Shown here piece by piece: positions 29,370 through 44,756 of a DNA stretch of 64,000 nt. The stretch lies in the NCBI RefSeq assembly GCF_009914755.1, contig NC_060931.1; one strand, 5' to 3'. Each line of letters begins with the position of its first letter. Positions within the stretch are counted from its first letter, which is position 1. Made by a program: the position numbers and the translations under genes. The notes under the pieces are model-generated. The model saw nothing but the letters and a program-made list of their open reading frames with translations, made no database searches and had not been told where the DNA came from. The stretch comes from the human T2T-CHM13v2.0 reference genome, Homo sapiens.

Positions 29370-30090
29370 TATAATTTAGTTGAGGTGTAATTGAATTGAA
29401 ATACAATAAGCTGCATATATTTAAAGTATATAATTTAATTTGCTGTGACATCTGTATATGTCTGTGTAACCCTCACCTTAATAAGGATAACAAGAATTTC
29501 CATAACTCTGAAAAGTTTCCTTGTGCCCCTTGCAACTCGTCCCTTCTTCTGCCTTGTCCCAAGGCAATCACTAACTTGCTTTCAGTCATTACCACTTTCT
29601 TCACAAGAATTTGTAAGTGGACTCACACAATTTGTAGAAGGTATAAGAATGGTGAATAAGCAGATGAAAATTTCAATGTTTGTAGTCATCAGGGAAATGA
29701 AAACTAAAACTACAATGAGAGTAATATATGCTTATTTGAATTAATAAAATGTAAAAGGTTGATGACCAAACCATGTGTTGGCAGGGTGAAGCAACTGAAA
29801 TTTTCATACATGGGTGTAGGATCTTCAAAAGTTAGATACACCTGTCATATGACCCAGTCACTCCACTCCAGAGCATTTACTCAAGATAAGTGAAAACATG
29901 TCACGCCAATACTTTTACATGGATATTCATAGCAGCTTTATTTGTAATAGCCCCAAACTTGAAACAACTCAAATGTCAATCAGTATGTGCATGGATAAAT
30001 AAATTATGGCATATCAATACAATGGAATATTGCACAGTAATAAAAAGAATGAACTATTGACACATGCCAGCAACAGGGCTGAATCCCAAA
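29370..30090. mobile_element. Old L1M fragments (minus 3' tail ~29370-29600; plus ORF2 end ~29640-30090)
   Basis: 'tgaggtgtaattga...tttaaagtat' and 'agtcatcagggaaatg...atagcagctttatttgtaatagcc'. Confidence 0.65.
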
Positions 30091-30758
30091 GTGTGTACAT
30101 TTTTAAAGCTTTCCTGCCTTTAAATCAGGGGTTTTCAGTGAGGGAGAGTGAAGAGGCAAAAAAGGAAGAAGGGAGATCTGGCTTATTGTAATCATGTAAA
30201 GACTTTTTCCCTAAATGTACACACAAGATTGATTCCATGGAGTATATCAGGCAGAGAAAAACAGAAAGAATGCTAATATATTTGCAACTTCTTTCCTTGT
30301 CTCCCTTCCTCCATGGAAATGTCAAACATGGGAAAAGGAGAACTAGATATATTTAACTTTCTTGGCAAGTCTTTTGTCAAACTACACAGCTTTCAGCTTT
30401 TCTTAGGCCAAATGAATCCTAGATATTGACAGCATGAAAATATCCATGATTTTTAAGTATTTCTCCAAAATAGGAGAGACCCATGATGAATAATAGATAG
30501 GAAACCCTATTGAGCAAATAGATCTACTAGAATTTCCAGGCCCACATAGACCAAGCAAACCTGAGAGCCACAGTCCATTTTCTTTTAAGTAATATTACTT
30601 TGTAGTTGTTCTAGGAAGTAATATTACCCAAAAGAAAAAAGAAGAAACATCATGAGTTAATGCAACTTTGAGCTATCTAAGGGATAACAAAATCATTCTA
30701 GTCTTTTTATTAAGACTTTTACTTCCCTATAGCATAATTTCTTTATAATTGGTCATCC

Positions 30759-31696
30759 TGATAGTGACAGGAGGCAGCCAAATGCCTAGGCAGATAGGGG
30801 CAGGTACCCGGTGAAACCTCACCTCCAAGCTGAAGACAGTTTAAACCTGAAATCCAAGCTACAAGCTAAATCCTGGGACTAGATTGAGAACTTGTCCTCC
30901 TGTTTGGTGTGCTTTCCTCTGATTAATCCCCACCCTTCACCTATTTTACATATACCTACCCTTTCCTAATTGGTTTTCTATGCTTTTGTGCCCACCTTTG
31001 ACTGGTGTTTTTACTTTAACCTTTGTTACATACTCACAAACCAATCAGCATACACTCCCCATCCTGTGCCTATAAAGACCCCAGACTCAGTCAGTGGAGG
31101 TGGAAATGAACTGACTTTGGGAAAAGACAACCTGATTTTTGGGAAGATTACCAGTATACCTTTCCTGTCCCTTCTCTAGCTCCCTCTCCTCTGAGAGCCA
31201 TCTTCATTGGTCAATAAAATTCTCTACCTTCACCATCTTTCAACAGTCCATGTGACTTCAATCTTCTTGGATGCTGGACAAGAGCTCAGGACCCACCGAG
31301 TGTGGGTACCCAGAAAGGCTGCCACACCAGCCCTTTGCCCTCATTGGTGGAGGGCAGCTGCCCCATGTGCTGAGGCAAAGAGCCAACAGAGCTGCTAACA
31401 CACCACCATCCATGGACAGCAGAACTAAAGGAACACCGTAACACCCCTTTCTGGGGCTTCAGGGTCACAGTCACCCTCGCATGGTCGCTGCCACATTCCC
31501 CTTGAGGCGACATGCCTAGTCTGGCTATGGGCCCTGCATAGAGCTTGTTCCTGTGTCGGCACCCTGCACAGCCAGCCAGGTCCTGGACTGACTCACTCTG
31601 ATGCTCCCTCCCACAAGGGGTTGAGTGCAGAGGGCCAAGTAGAGGAGGTGCCCCTGCCATGAGTCCAGCAAAGGGACCAAGAAAAATCCTGCATCA
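30759..31696 (+). mobile_element. ERV1 solo LTR (LTR27/LTR28/LTR1 family), 938 bp, 4-bp TSD
   Basis: TG...CA ends; TSD atcc at 30755-30758 and 31697-31700; CCAAT 31041, TATAAA 31071, AATAAA 31213. Confidence 0.85.
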
Positions 31697-33178
31697 ATCC
31701 TTTCATAAAGCTCTTCCAATTTCAGTTGTCCTCTTACTATATATTCAGTCATAAGTTTTCTTTTTGCAATTCATTCTGAGTGAAATGATTGCTGTTCTTG
31801 TTATTATGGAAGGTTCTTGATTATGGATTTCAGTGTGGTATGTTTGTCTAGATGCTTCCAACCGGCTCATGACTACTGTGACCTTTATTTGTTCTCCCGA
31901 AAAGCAATCCCCCACTCATCTCAGGTTTGTAATTAGAGCCATTAAACCTATGTTTTTCTTTACTCTTTTCCTTTTCCCATTTCAATTTCATCTTTCATTG
32001 TCCAATAAACAAATCTGCTCTTCTTATTTTTCAAGTTGATAATATGGCACATATTCAGTGAATCCCATAGCTCTATGTATGACCTAGACAAGGGCCCCTG
32101 TCCCTCAAACTGACCTTCCACATTTGCATGCATTCCCTATGTCTTGTTCCTATATTTTTGTTTTCTCCAGATGTTTTATAATTGCTTCCATTGTCTCTCT
32201 TACAAAAGAAGACCCCCCCCATAATAGTAATTAAAAGCAATCGTCTGCTTAGATCAGCTAGACCAACATATGACAAGCAAAACCTCTTAGATAATAATAG
32301 GACCAGTATCTTCCTCCAGACTTGAAGAAGGCAGATTTTTGGGAAAGTCATGATCAGCATACACCTATCACAAACTGAAAGACATGTTAGTAATTGCAGA
32401 AATTTGATGAAAAGTAGAGGGAAAACAAACAGCTTCATAAACTTTGCAACAAACAGGAAGATAATTATATTTTGCATTTTTTTTTAATGTGGGAAGCATT
32501 TTAATCTTATTGAAGTATTTATTTCTGTAAAACATACTATCAGAAATTTGTAATTTAGATTTAAAAATTAAGTTTTTAAATATCTGTAATCAAATCCAAT
32601 TAATGCAAAAAAGTGATTTTAGTGTATGAATTAATATATATCAATTATAGTAATAAATTAATTACTATTAATAGGCATAATGACTCAATCTTTCACACAG
32701 TCCAAAAATATAGGTTCTAGTATTATTAGAAATCTACACATAGGAGACTGAAGCTCAGAAAAAATAAAGTAAATTGGAAAATATAAACAAGGTAAAGCAG
32801 CAACAAAAATTCATTGTGAGAGTATTCTTATGCAATCAAATGCATAACAGTGCAAATCCCCTCCCAGAAGGGGAGAGAAATGTCTCTAAATTATTGTTCT
32901 GGAATGTTTCTTGGAAGAAAGATTTCTCTATCCATGGAAGTAAATTAAAGAGTATAAATTTTCTACAGAGGAAGTCTGTCTCCATCTTTCCCTGGCTCTC
33001 TGTTTATAAAAGCCTTCCTAAAAAGATAGTCGTAGAGCAAATTGGCTGTTATGCCTGAATGTGGAATAACGTAAGAGTTTAATGGAGAATTGTCTCTCAA
33101 CAAAAAGCAGTTGGACTATCCTCAATGTATCTATAAAGGTGACTAAGTTCAGAAAATTAAGGAAGTTTATAGAGTTTG

Positions 33179-33618
33179 TGACATAGTTTGGATATTTGTC
33201 CCCCACCAAATCTCATGTTGAGATGTGATCTCCAGTGTTGGAGATAGGGCTGGGTGGGAGGTGTTCGGGTCATTCAGGCAGATCCCTCATGAATGGCTTG
33301 GGACATCCCTTTGGTGATAAGTGAGATCTTGCTCTGAGTTCACATGAGATCTGGTTGTTTAAAAGTGTGTGGCATCCCCCACCCCCCACCTTCTCTCTTT
33401 CTTGTTCCTGCTTTTGCCATGTGATATGTCTGCTCCCTCCTGCTTTGCCTTCCACCATGATTGTAAGTTTCCTGAGGTCTCCCTAGAAGCTGAGCAGATG
33501 CCAGCACCATGCTGCTTCCTTAAAGCTTGCAGAACCATGAGCCAATTAAACCTCTTTTCTTTATAAATTACCTAGTCTCAGGTACTTCTTTATAGCAATG
33601 CAGGAACCACTTAAGATA
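33179..33618 (+). mobile_element. MSTA/MSTB MaLR LTR
   Basis: 'tagtttggatatttgtccccc...aaatctcatgttg...ataaattacctagtctcaggt...tttatagcaatgc'. Confidence 0.88.
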
Positions 33619-33918
33619 TTTTCAGTTATCTGAGAGTTACCCTTGAAAACGTATAACAGGCTCAAGGTGATAGTTCCGAGAATTTAGCAGCACTAGTTGC
33701 AGGACTTTGGAGCATTAACAGATACAAAGACTAGTTCAGGTGATACTGAGGCGATTGCTAGTTTTCAGATATTACAAGAAGGGTAGGTATTTCATGAAGC
33801 ATAAGAGAAAAAAATAAATAAAAGAAGTGTCTTCTAAAAGAAGGAACACAAAACAAGAGAGGGAGGAGGAAGTGGAGAAAAAAGAAAGAGAAAGAGACAG
33901 AGAGGGAGAAAAGGTAGC

Positions 33919-34027
33919 ATAAACACCCAATGGGTTAATTTTGCCCACTGCCCAGATAGATCTGATTCATTAAGACAGGAAAATTGCAATAGAGAAAATG
34001 TTTAATTCATGCAGGGCTGGCTGAACT
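33919..34027 (-). mobile_element. LTR8-like fragment
   Basis: 'cccaatgggtt...ttgcccactgcccagatag...aagacagg..aattgcaatagagaaa'. Confidence 0.6.
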
Positions 34028-35030
<1,003 letters not shown>

Positions 35031-35169
35031 AACTTTACTTCTTAGGATAGAGTGACCTCATCCAAGCTCCTTCAATGTCAGACTGGAAACTGGGAATCTT
35101 TCAGAGGCTTTTCAGTGTACTTTTTGTCACTTCTGTGTTTGTAAAAAGGCTGCAGTCACAAAAATAACA

Positions 35170-35745
35170 GCTAGTTTGATGTTTAATATGTACCAGGTAT
35201 TGTGTTATGTACTTTATATACATTAGTATACCTCTTATAACAAATCAATGGATTAGGAAACCATTATTAGGGTCATATTAACAATGAGGAAACTGGGTCA
35301 GGCATGGTGGCTCACACCTGAAATCCCAGCTGCATTGGGAGGCCAAGGCAGGAGGATTACTTAAGCCCAGGAGTTTGAGACCAGCCTGGACAACATGATG
35401 AGACCTCCTCTTTACAAAAAATTGAAACATTAGCTGTGCATAGTGGTGTGTGCTTGTGGCCCCAGCTACTCAGGAGGCTAAGGCGGGAGGATTGCTTGAG
35501 TCTAGAAGGTCAAGGCTGCAGTGAGCCATGTTTGCACCACTGCACTATAGCATGAGTGAAAGAATGAGATCCTGTCTCAAACAAACAAACAAACAAACAA
35601 ACAAACAAACAATAAAGAAACTGAAGCTCAGCATTTAAGTCACAGAGTTACAGAGTTAGCAAGTAGTAAAGCTTAGGTTTGAACTTGTAGTAGAGCCTGG
35701 GTTTGAACCCAAGGAGTCTGGCTTCAGATCTTACATTCCTGAGCA
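35170..35745 (-). mobile_element. MIR split by AluJ
   Basis: 'atgaggaaactg[Alu]aaagaaactgaagctcag...gggtttgaacccaaggagtctggct'. Confidence 0.7.
35296..35611 (+). mobile_element. AluJ with (CAAA)n tail
   Basis: Dimer with J-diagnostic right arm. Confidence 0.9.
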
Positions 35746-36078
35746 ATAGGCTGAGTTGATTCATATCACACAATATTACTTCTTTCAAAGGTAGCAGGTG
35801 GGAGAAGGAAGGAGTTAATAACAGGATTTCTCTCACTTAATAGTGTCTATGATTCCTCTAAGGGTTTCACTGAATAAAGGCACCTCTCTTATTGCAGTTT
35901 ATTCATCATAAGCAGAATTTCATAATTTTTCTCCTTATTCTTATTTATATCATGTTGTACTAATCTGTAGAATATTAAAATCACTGTCATTTATTACTCC
36001 TGCCTCAACTTTTTTTTCTGAAATCATTGCTGCCATCTTAGAAAACTTACAAATTTATAGCAAAAAATAAATGAGAGT

Positions 36079-36373
36079 CGGTGGCTCAAGCCTGTAATCC
36101 CAGCACTTTGGGAGGCCGAGGCGGGTGGATCACGAGGTCAGGAGATCGAGACCATGCTGGCTAACAAGGTGAAACCCCTTCTGTACTAAAAAACAAAAAA
36201 TTAGCTGGGTGCAGTGGTGGGCACCTGTAGTCCCAGCTACTCGTGAGGCTGAGGCAGGAGAATGGTGTGAACTCGGGAGGCGGAGCTTGCAGTGAGCCAA
36301 GATCGCGCCGCTGTACACCAGCTTGGGTGACAGAGCGAGACTCCATCTCAAAATAATAATAATAATAATAAAC
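36079..36373 (+). mobile_element. AluY, slightly 5'-truncated, (AAT)n tail
   Basis: Y diagnostics 'gatcacgaggtcaggagatcgagaccat', 'agaatggtgtgaa', 'ggagcttgcag'; TSD aaataaatgagagt. Confidence 0.93.
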
Positions 36374-37599
36374 AAATAAATGAGAGTGTAAAGAGAGGTT
36401 CCTTTCATTCTATTCATTTTGACAGGTCACCTCCTTCTTGTTTAATTCTGTTTGAGATATCAAAGGCATTTATTCACAGCAATGCAAAAGGTATACACTG
36501 GGTTTTGAAATTCATTAATAAGTCTTCACCCTCCTTTGGTATAATGGCCCTTGGATTTTATCTTCTGCCATTCATCTATCCTCCAGCTACATGCTTGTTT
36601 TTCTCTTTTAATTTGCAGACTCAAAGGAGTGAGTCACAATTTTATCTCCTTTCCTATGAGTAGAATATTTTTGTCCATCCTTAATATAAAAAGTAAAAGT
36701 GATAAAGGCAAATTACATGCTTTGATTGTTTTGCATCTCTGCTTGAAAAATTATTTTTAAACCCTTCTTAAATGAAAAATGTTATTAACTAATTTAACAC
36801 AGAGATTATTTTAAAGCCAGTACACTCCACCTTTCAGTAAATAATGATAAGAATGTTATTGCATGTTACTTGAACTAGTGTACCTTTACTTGGGTTAAAA
36901 TAGCACACCACGTTTAAAGTAATCGGATGGGGATGATTATAAAGTTTAGAGCACTATATCTTCATGATTTTGAACTAATCTGAATTTCTATTCAAATTTT
37001 AATTCTTTCTCCTGCATTTTATGTCATTCTCATTGATTTTTACATGTAGATATGGAGTGGAAAGCCATTATGCTCAGATAAGTCTCATTCAAATTTATTT
37101 GATAATCATTGAGAATTGTGATGTTCGGGAACTCTAATGAGCACTTTGGATTCACTATTTCATTCAGCTTTCATAGAAATCCATGAAGGAAGGTATAGTC
37201 TTCCATTTTAGTTGAGCAAATTCGGTTTAAAAAAAGTTAAATTTTTTATTGGTGGTTAAATTTTTAACTAAATGGGAGAACTAGGGTGAATCATCTGGTG
37301 AAATTAAATCACACACTTACTGAATAGAGGGGGAAGGAGAGACAACTTTCAACATGCTGTGGGGAGGGACAGGACTTATGAAACCTTGGTAGAGAGTGGT
37401 GTTAGAGCAGGAACACTAGCTTCATTGATGGAGAGGCTCAGGGTGTATTTAACAGAAAATAAATAAACGTAAAAGAAGTTTAAAAGGACAAGTAAGAAAG
37501 TAGAGATGATTGTTATTTTAAATTTGGGACATATAATAGTTGAAGCGTTGAATGTCATTTGAATTCAACACTTCCTTTATCTCTCTCATCTAAAAAGGA

Positions 37600-39010
37600 A
37601 AAGGTGCCACTCACTGCTGCCATCAGCCTCTTAGTCCTTAACTTAATTAACTCATGACTATTATTTTGCCATTACTGTCAGCTGCATTGCTTTGCCAAAG
37701 CTTTGTCAGTGATATCTGCATCTTTAATTCCAATGGATATTTTCCAGACCTCAACTGAATTGAGCTTTTTCCATACTTACTACAATTAATTGCTCTTCTC
37801 TGATTTCGAAAAATTCTTTCCTGTGTTGCATCACTTCACATCCCCTAGTCTGAATCTTACTTCTTTTATTGCTCTTTCCTTTTCAGTTTCCTTTGCAATA
37901 TCCTCCTCTTTGCCAAGTAACTATTACAGTTCTAAGGTTATATCCCATGCTCTTTTTGCTTCCTATTCTATGTCCTTAGACAGTCTCATTTGCACCAGTT
38001 TTTATTACTATCTACCCTTGATGAGTCACAGATGTCTGTCTCCAGTCCAGATTTCTCCTCTGAGCTCCAAACCAGAATTTCCAACTGCCTGCTCAACTCT
38101 ACTGGGATATATTGAAAGCCTCCAAATTAATCATGTTCAAAACCATTCTCATCTGCTCTTCCTCCCTTCCTCAAACTCGATCCTCTTCTACTGTTCCCTA
38201 CCTCAGCAAGTCACAACCATCTCCAAAACGACCCACCATCCCCTACCACATCTTATGGTAATGAATTATCAACAAGATATGTTAATTTGGCCTCCAGAAT
38301 ACATCATACTTCTGTCTGCTTTTCTTATTCTCCTCCCTTAGTGCCCTCATTCAAGTTATTATTACACCCTTTAGAAGCATTTTGAATAGTTGCCCAGTCA
38401 TATGTACAACCATACTCTTTCTCCCTTTAGTCATTTTCCCACAGGACAAAGTTATCTTCTCAAATTTCAAATCTCATTATACTATCCACTGAGCACTTGT
38501 TTTTAAACTAAAGACAAAATTTCTAATGTATCTTAAAAGGCCCTGCATAGTCTAATCTTTCCAACTTCACTTCACTCTATTCTCTCCCTTCCTCTTTGAG
38601 CTCCAGCCACTGCAGATTTTTACACGCTCTGTGATTTTTCTCACCTCAGGGCCTTTGCACATGCACTTCTTATAGCCTTGAATAGTTCTCTTCTTTGATA
38701 TCATAACTGAAGCCTCATTCCCAATTCAAATTTACTTACTCAAAGAAAACTTCCTAACCCCTCTGACTAGATCATCACTTATGTATTATGTACATATAGG
38801 ATAATATCTATTGCTTTCATAGCAGATAGTGCATTTTATATGTATTATGTTGCTAATTTATGCAATGGCTTTCTTCCTCTTAGACTAGAAGCTCCATGAA
38901 GTTGAACTCATACTTGTTTTTGCTCATCATTGCAGCCCTCTAATTTGGCACGGTGCCTATTCTGTATAGCACGTAATGCATATTAAGTCTATGAATGAAT
39001 AATTGAATGA
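37600..39010 (+). mobile_element. L2 3' portion
   Basis: 'cctcagggcctttgcacatgc', 'tagactagaagctccatga' and terminal (gaat)n; explains ORF 37790-38341. Confidence 0.8.
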
Positions 39011-40799
39011 CTTAACATAGTCAAAGTTAGAAAGGTAACCTTTATCCTACAATTCCACTTGAGATACATAGTGTATACCCCTTACTACAGTAACTATTTT
39101 AAGAACAGACACTAGTTTTATCCACTCATATTTCCTGCAACTGTCTAAGTTTGAGTACAGTAAGTGCTTTGTTCACAGGTAAACTGAAATAATATAAGTG
39201 GAAATAAAACAACACAAACCAGTGTTTTGTTTAGATATTTAATGTTAAAAGCAATGTCTCCCCTACTGCCTAATCATAAGAATCACAAATTCTTGGGTGT
39301 TCTTCAGAGCAACAGAATCAGGGTAGAAAACCAGTGAATCTGAATCTGTAAATCTGAGAAACAGCGGTTTAATAGTGCTATATATTTATATTAATAATAG
39401 ACATAGTGATTAGAAAAAACTGACATCGTTCACACATGTCTTAAGGGAAGCTATGTTCTTCTTTTCTTCTTACCTTCCTTTCTTTCTTCTATCCATTAGT
39501 TTATATTGATACAGTCCAAAAATAAAGTTTATTTATGACAGACCTACAAATGTTCTCTTCTTTTTTCCTGATTCATATGTACATTTTGTATTTTATCTGA
39601 CCAATTTTTTGCTAAGGGCAGAGATATGTTTGTCCTCCTCTGTGATAAGGAAATTATTACTCATGTCTTGAGGTAGGAGAGACACTAGTTAAGGTTGAAT
39701 GCTGATAGTGTGGTTGTACCTGATAATATATGATTTATCCTAATCCACAATGGTGCAATTGTGTCCCATACATTTTACTGCATATTCTTTTGGGAAATCT
39801 TAACCTAAGTACTACCATTTTTCTAGGTTCAACTGTGTGGGCTAAATGGTCTGGAAAATAGCTAGGCTGAGGAAGCCAGGTTAAGATTATTACAACAGCA
39901 TTTTAGTGAAAAATTAGAGTGTCAAGGAAGAAACATGCTCAGACGAATAACCTCATATTGATTTTTTACAAAGGGACAAGTGGTTTCCAAGAGAAAGGGA
40001 GAGAGAATCTTGTCTTTTGTTTGGCATGTTAAAATGATGATAAATCAGATTAATAACATTCTAATGGTTCCAATTTTGGAACAATCAAGATTTCTGCCTG
40101 TGTGGGATTTGGGTTTAAACATTACAATTTCATATTTTAAAGATAGCCATCTTTATCTTTTGTAACTTAAAGATAGCCGTCTTTATTTCATGCTCAATTC
40201 ACCACGTAGAGTTAGGATAAAAGTCAAGTCCCTGAAGAACACTAAGGACTTCTCCTTACCCAGTGCTTTTTTTCCATAAAGAAAATTGCAGTACAAAATC
40301 TCTTCCTATATTATCTAAGCTCTATTCAGAAAAGAAGAGTGCTGGCTGCTGGCAGAAGCCCATTATCCAGAAGGTGGCCTTACCAGGTTCAGGACAATAC
40401 TCCCTCCCTGCGAACTGGCCTTTGTCAGTCATCAAAGCTGCCCTTAACTGTGAGAAAGTCTGTTTCCCACGTATGTGATTTATCTAAAGGGACACAAGTG
40501 GTCCCCCATTTCATTGAAATTTAGTTTGGGACCACTTTATGCTGAACAGAATTGAAAATGAGGAAGTAGAAAAGGTCTTTTCCAAAACCACTCACAAAGT
40601 CCATGCAATAATGTTATTGATGTTAACTTATGTAATATTTCCCAAACTAAATTTTCTAAAATAAGAGTTGCATAAGTACAAGTTCAAAAAAGAAGGAGTT
40701 CTTATACTGTGTTCCTTTTTTGAAGATGCATAGCAGTAAAGAAATATGTTGAACTTTATTTAACCTTGTATGTCAAAATCTTATTTGAGGAAACTAATC

Positions 40800-41136
40800 C
40801 CTTGCAGATTACCACAGACTGGGCGGTTTATAAGTAGCAGAGGTTGATTTCTCACAGCTTTGGAGGCTGGGAAATCCAAGATCAAGGTACTGGCGGATTT
40901 GGTAACGCCCAATTCCTGGTTCATACTAGGGCTGCCTGCTCTCTGTGTCCTCACATGGTGGAAGGGGTGAGGAATCTCTCTGGGGCCTCTTTTATAATGG
41001 CATTAATCCCATTCATGAAGCCTCCACCCTCATGACCTCATCACCTTCCAAAGACCTCACCTCCAAATACTATCTCAGTGGGGATTAGGCTTCAGCATAT
41101 GAATTTCTGGGGAACACAATCACTCAGTCTACAGCA
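40800..41136 (-). mobile_element. MST/MLT1A MaLR LTR
   Basis: 'ttaccacagactggg...tttctcacagctttggaggctgggaaatccaagatcaagg...cagtctacagca'. Confidence 0.85.
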
Positions 41137-41588
41137 TGTTAGGTTGAATGTTTGTTGTCTCAATATGAGGAAAGACACCTCATATTGAACCTTAATCATT
41201 ACACAGTAACTTTTAGGGTGCCCATTCATATAGTTATTTACTAAAAATTGAATGAATAAATGAATGGATTAGTGGATGGATAGAGGATAGATGAACAAAT
41301 AAATTAATGAATAAAAATAATCCATAGGCCCAACACAATGAATATAATTATCAAATATAATTATGGTAAAGATGGAATAAGAGTTCCTAAAGTCAGATGT
41401 TACTGGTAAGATTAACCAATATTTGCAATAGATACAAAAATTCTGTCAGATCATTCTTTTAATCAATATGTTAACCTCTTAGAGGATGCTTCTTCTGAAT
41501 CTTTTTCCATTTTACCTCTATTTTCTTCAAATCCCTTCCCCTTCCCCAACCACGTCATCTGCTATACTACAAAACCTCTTTATATTTT

Positions 41589-41954
<366 letters not shown>

Positions 41955-41974
41955 TTAACTGCCCCCTGCATTAA

Positions 41975-42200
41975 TAATTATTAATCTCTACCACGTACCA
42001 GGCACCAGGCACTCTTCTGAGCATTCCACACATATTATCTCATTCATTTCTGTATTCTGAGCAGTAGCTGCTATTATTTTCCTCATTTTATAGATGCAGG
42101 TACTGAAGAGTTAAGGGCCTCACTCTAAGCTGTGTAGCTAATAAGTGAGAAAGCTGAGATATCAGCCCAGATGTCTAACTGAAGAACCCTTAATTGTCAC
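41975..42200 (-). mobile_element. MIR
   Basis: 'taccaggcac...ctcattttatagatgcaggtactga...ctaataagtg'. Confidence 0.7.
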
Positions 42201-43699
42201 TACTCTTCTCTATTTATAATCTCTCCACACTGGAGAGGATGTTCCTCTTATTCTTTTTGTCTTTAAAAGCAAGGGCTTTTTTGCTCCTGTTGACTAACAT
42301 TAGCTTCTCATATACATAAGTTCCTATAACAATGAATAAAATGAAACCCACATGCCTACATTGAAACTCCGACTATTATTGCATTACATAGTAACTATTG
42401 TTCATCATAATGATTACAAGACACTAAGAAAGGGATAAACAATGTTGAAAATATTCTGCCTCAGAAGACAGAATAGTCTATAACACAGTTAAACTATTCA
42501 TTATGCTTTAAGATACCAGGGTTTAAAAGAAACAAATCCCCTTATAGTCTAAAAACACCCTATTTAGTAAAAAAAAAAAAATCCCATGTGTAGTCAGGTG
42601 TTAAAAATAAATAATGTCCTTTGAGTTCTGGATCCCAGTTTTATTATATTCTACTTACACAACTTGCATATCTACACAGAGTTTTTACTGTCAAAATTTA
42701 TACTCAGTTATACTTCCTCGCTTCATGACGTCTCTTATTGGAATTTTAATAAAATATGGCCCTACATGAGCTACTCGATGAAGTGATTTAAACTAAAACA
42801 TGTTTCCCATGCAACCCTAACATCCTCCGTCAGTTGATGGTTAGAGATTAATGTCACAATTAGTATGTGGGTATTTAATATGCCAACCTCCTGGGTTTGG
42901 AACACTCATAAAATGCTATGAGCTCAGCTGGGCATTTTGTTATCATAGATCACAAAGGTAATATAAACAGACATCTGCTGGGCCTCTGCCGAGACAGAGT
43001 TTGAAGATAGTCCTCTCATGGAGTAAGATTTTATTTAGGCTTAAAAAAACAAAAAAAAAAAGGCTTTCAAAGTGGAAACATTGTTTCAGCAGGTAAATAT
43101 CACAATGCATTTTGTAGACTATTACATGATCATAAGAAAGTCAAATTGTGTACATTCACCATTCATGTTCTGAGTTCAATAAATTCCAAGCTGGTTGCAA
43201 TTTGGTCTGGTTATTACACATGGGGAAAAATTTGCCTCTTCAAACCTCTTTTAAAATAGAAAGTGACACTAACCACATTTTTGGAATTTAAATACAACTA
43301 AGAGATAGCATAGACTGAGTATAGGAACAGTAGAAATTTATTGAATCTGTGAGAAGTTTTTAATTCAATTTTTCAGTAATGAAACTCCATGAATTGTGTA
43401 CAAAAAAAGGTACAACCCTCAATCAATTGGACTTAAATTTGTGAGCTTGAAGAGGACTAAGTAAATGCTAGTCTTCACTAGTTAATTTTTTAGAAAACAC
43501 TTATATATTTGGCAAAAACGTTTTAGATTTTCATGAAGCATGAGCTGACGTAGTTGACTATATTCAGCAACTTGATGCTTTACAGCTAGAAGACAAAACC
43601 CTTGAAGTAGCTAGGCTTGATGAATTTATAAGTTTAAGGAACAATGATAGAAGAAACTTGAAAATTTTATGATGAGTTCCCTAAGTTACACACACATGC

Positions 43700-43787
43700 T
43701 AGGCGGAGGTTGCAGTGAGCCTAGATCGCACCACTGCACTCCAGCCTGGGCGACAGAGTGAGGCTCTATCTTAAAAAAAAAAAAAAA

Positions 43788-43824
<37 letters not shown>
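43700..43824 (+). mobile_element. 5'-truncated Alu 3' fragment with A tail and (TA)~17
   Basis: aggcggaggttgcagtgagc...gcgacagagtgag, then A17, then a TA run. Confidence 0.88.
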
Positions 43825-43830
<6 letters not shown>

Positions 43831-44409
43831 GTAATATAAATGTGAGAAATTCAAAGGAAAAAATACATTCATATTACAAAAAACTACAAATAAGAGTTCC
43901 CCTATTATCTACTTATAATTGTAGACATTAGAAAGTCATTAACCTGTTTATTAGTTACCAAAGTTATATTGCAAGGTTTGAAGTGTAAGCATTTTCCAAA
44001 GCTCTGTGATAAAACTTTAATCAGGTATATATGCCTTGTTATCTCTTGGAATGTTACAGACAGTGGTCATTTATAGTAGAGGTTGTTACTAGCTTTAATT
44101 TAGTACTGATATTTTGGTGAAAATATGTTTTAGGTTTGTAAAGTGGTTGAGTAAACAGTTCACAATCTGTCCTGACATTAAAGAGACAAAGACTATCCTT
44201 GGAAGGCTCAAAGATAGTAAGGGAAAAAGACTATTAAAAATAGAGTTGTATATTTAAATAGGTTACACTGTAGTTATTGTAAAAATATAATTTAAAAGTT
44301 GTAAAACAAAATGTTTATGGATTTTGAAGGTTGGTTCCTTTACTATTGTATTTTGTTGCTCCAAGGACAGTGCTTCATATGTCATAAATCTGCTTTTGCA
44401 AGCAGTTAG

Positions 44410-44756
<347 letters not shown>

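Noticed and set aside
37790-38341. Longest ORF in the track (183 aa)
   Set aside because: Lies within a decayed sense L2, has a non-ATG start and S/L/P-rich composition, and shows no splice or domain support.
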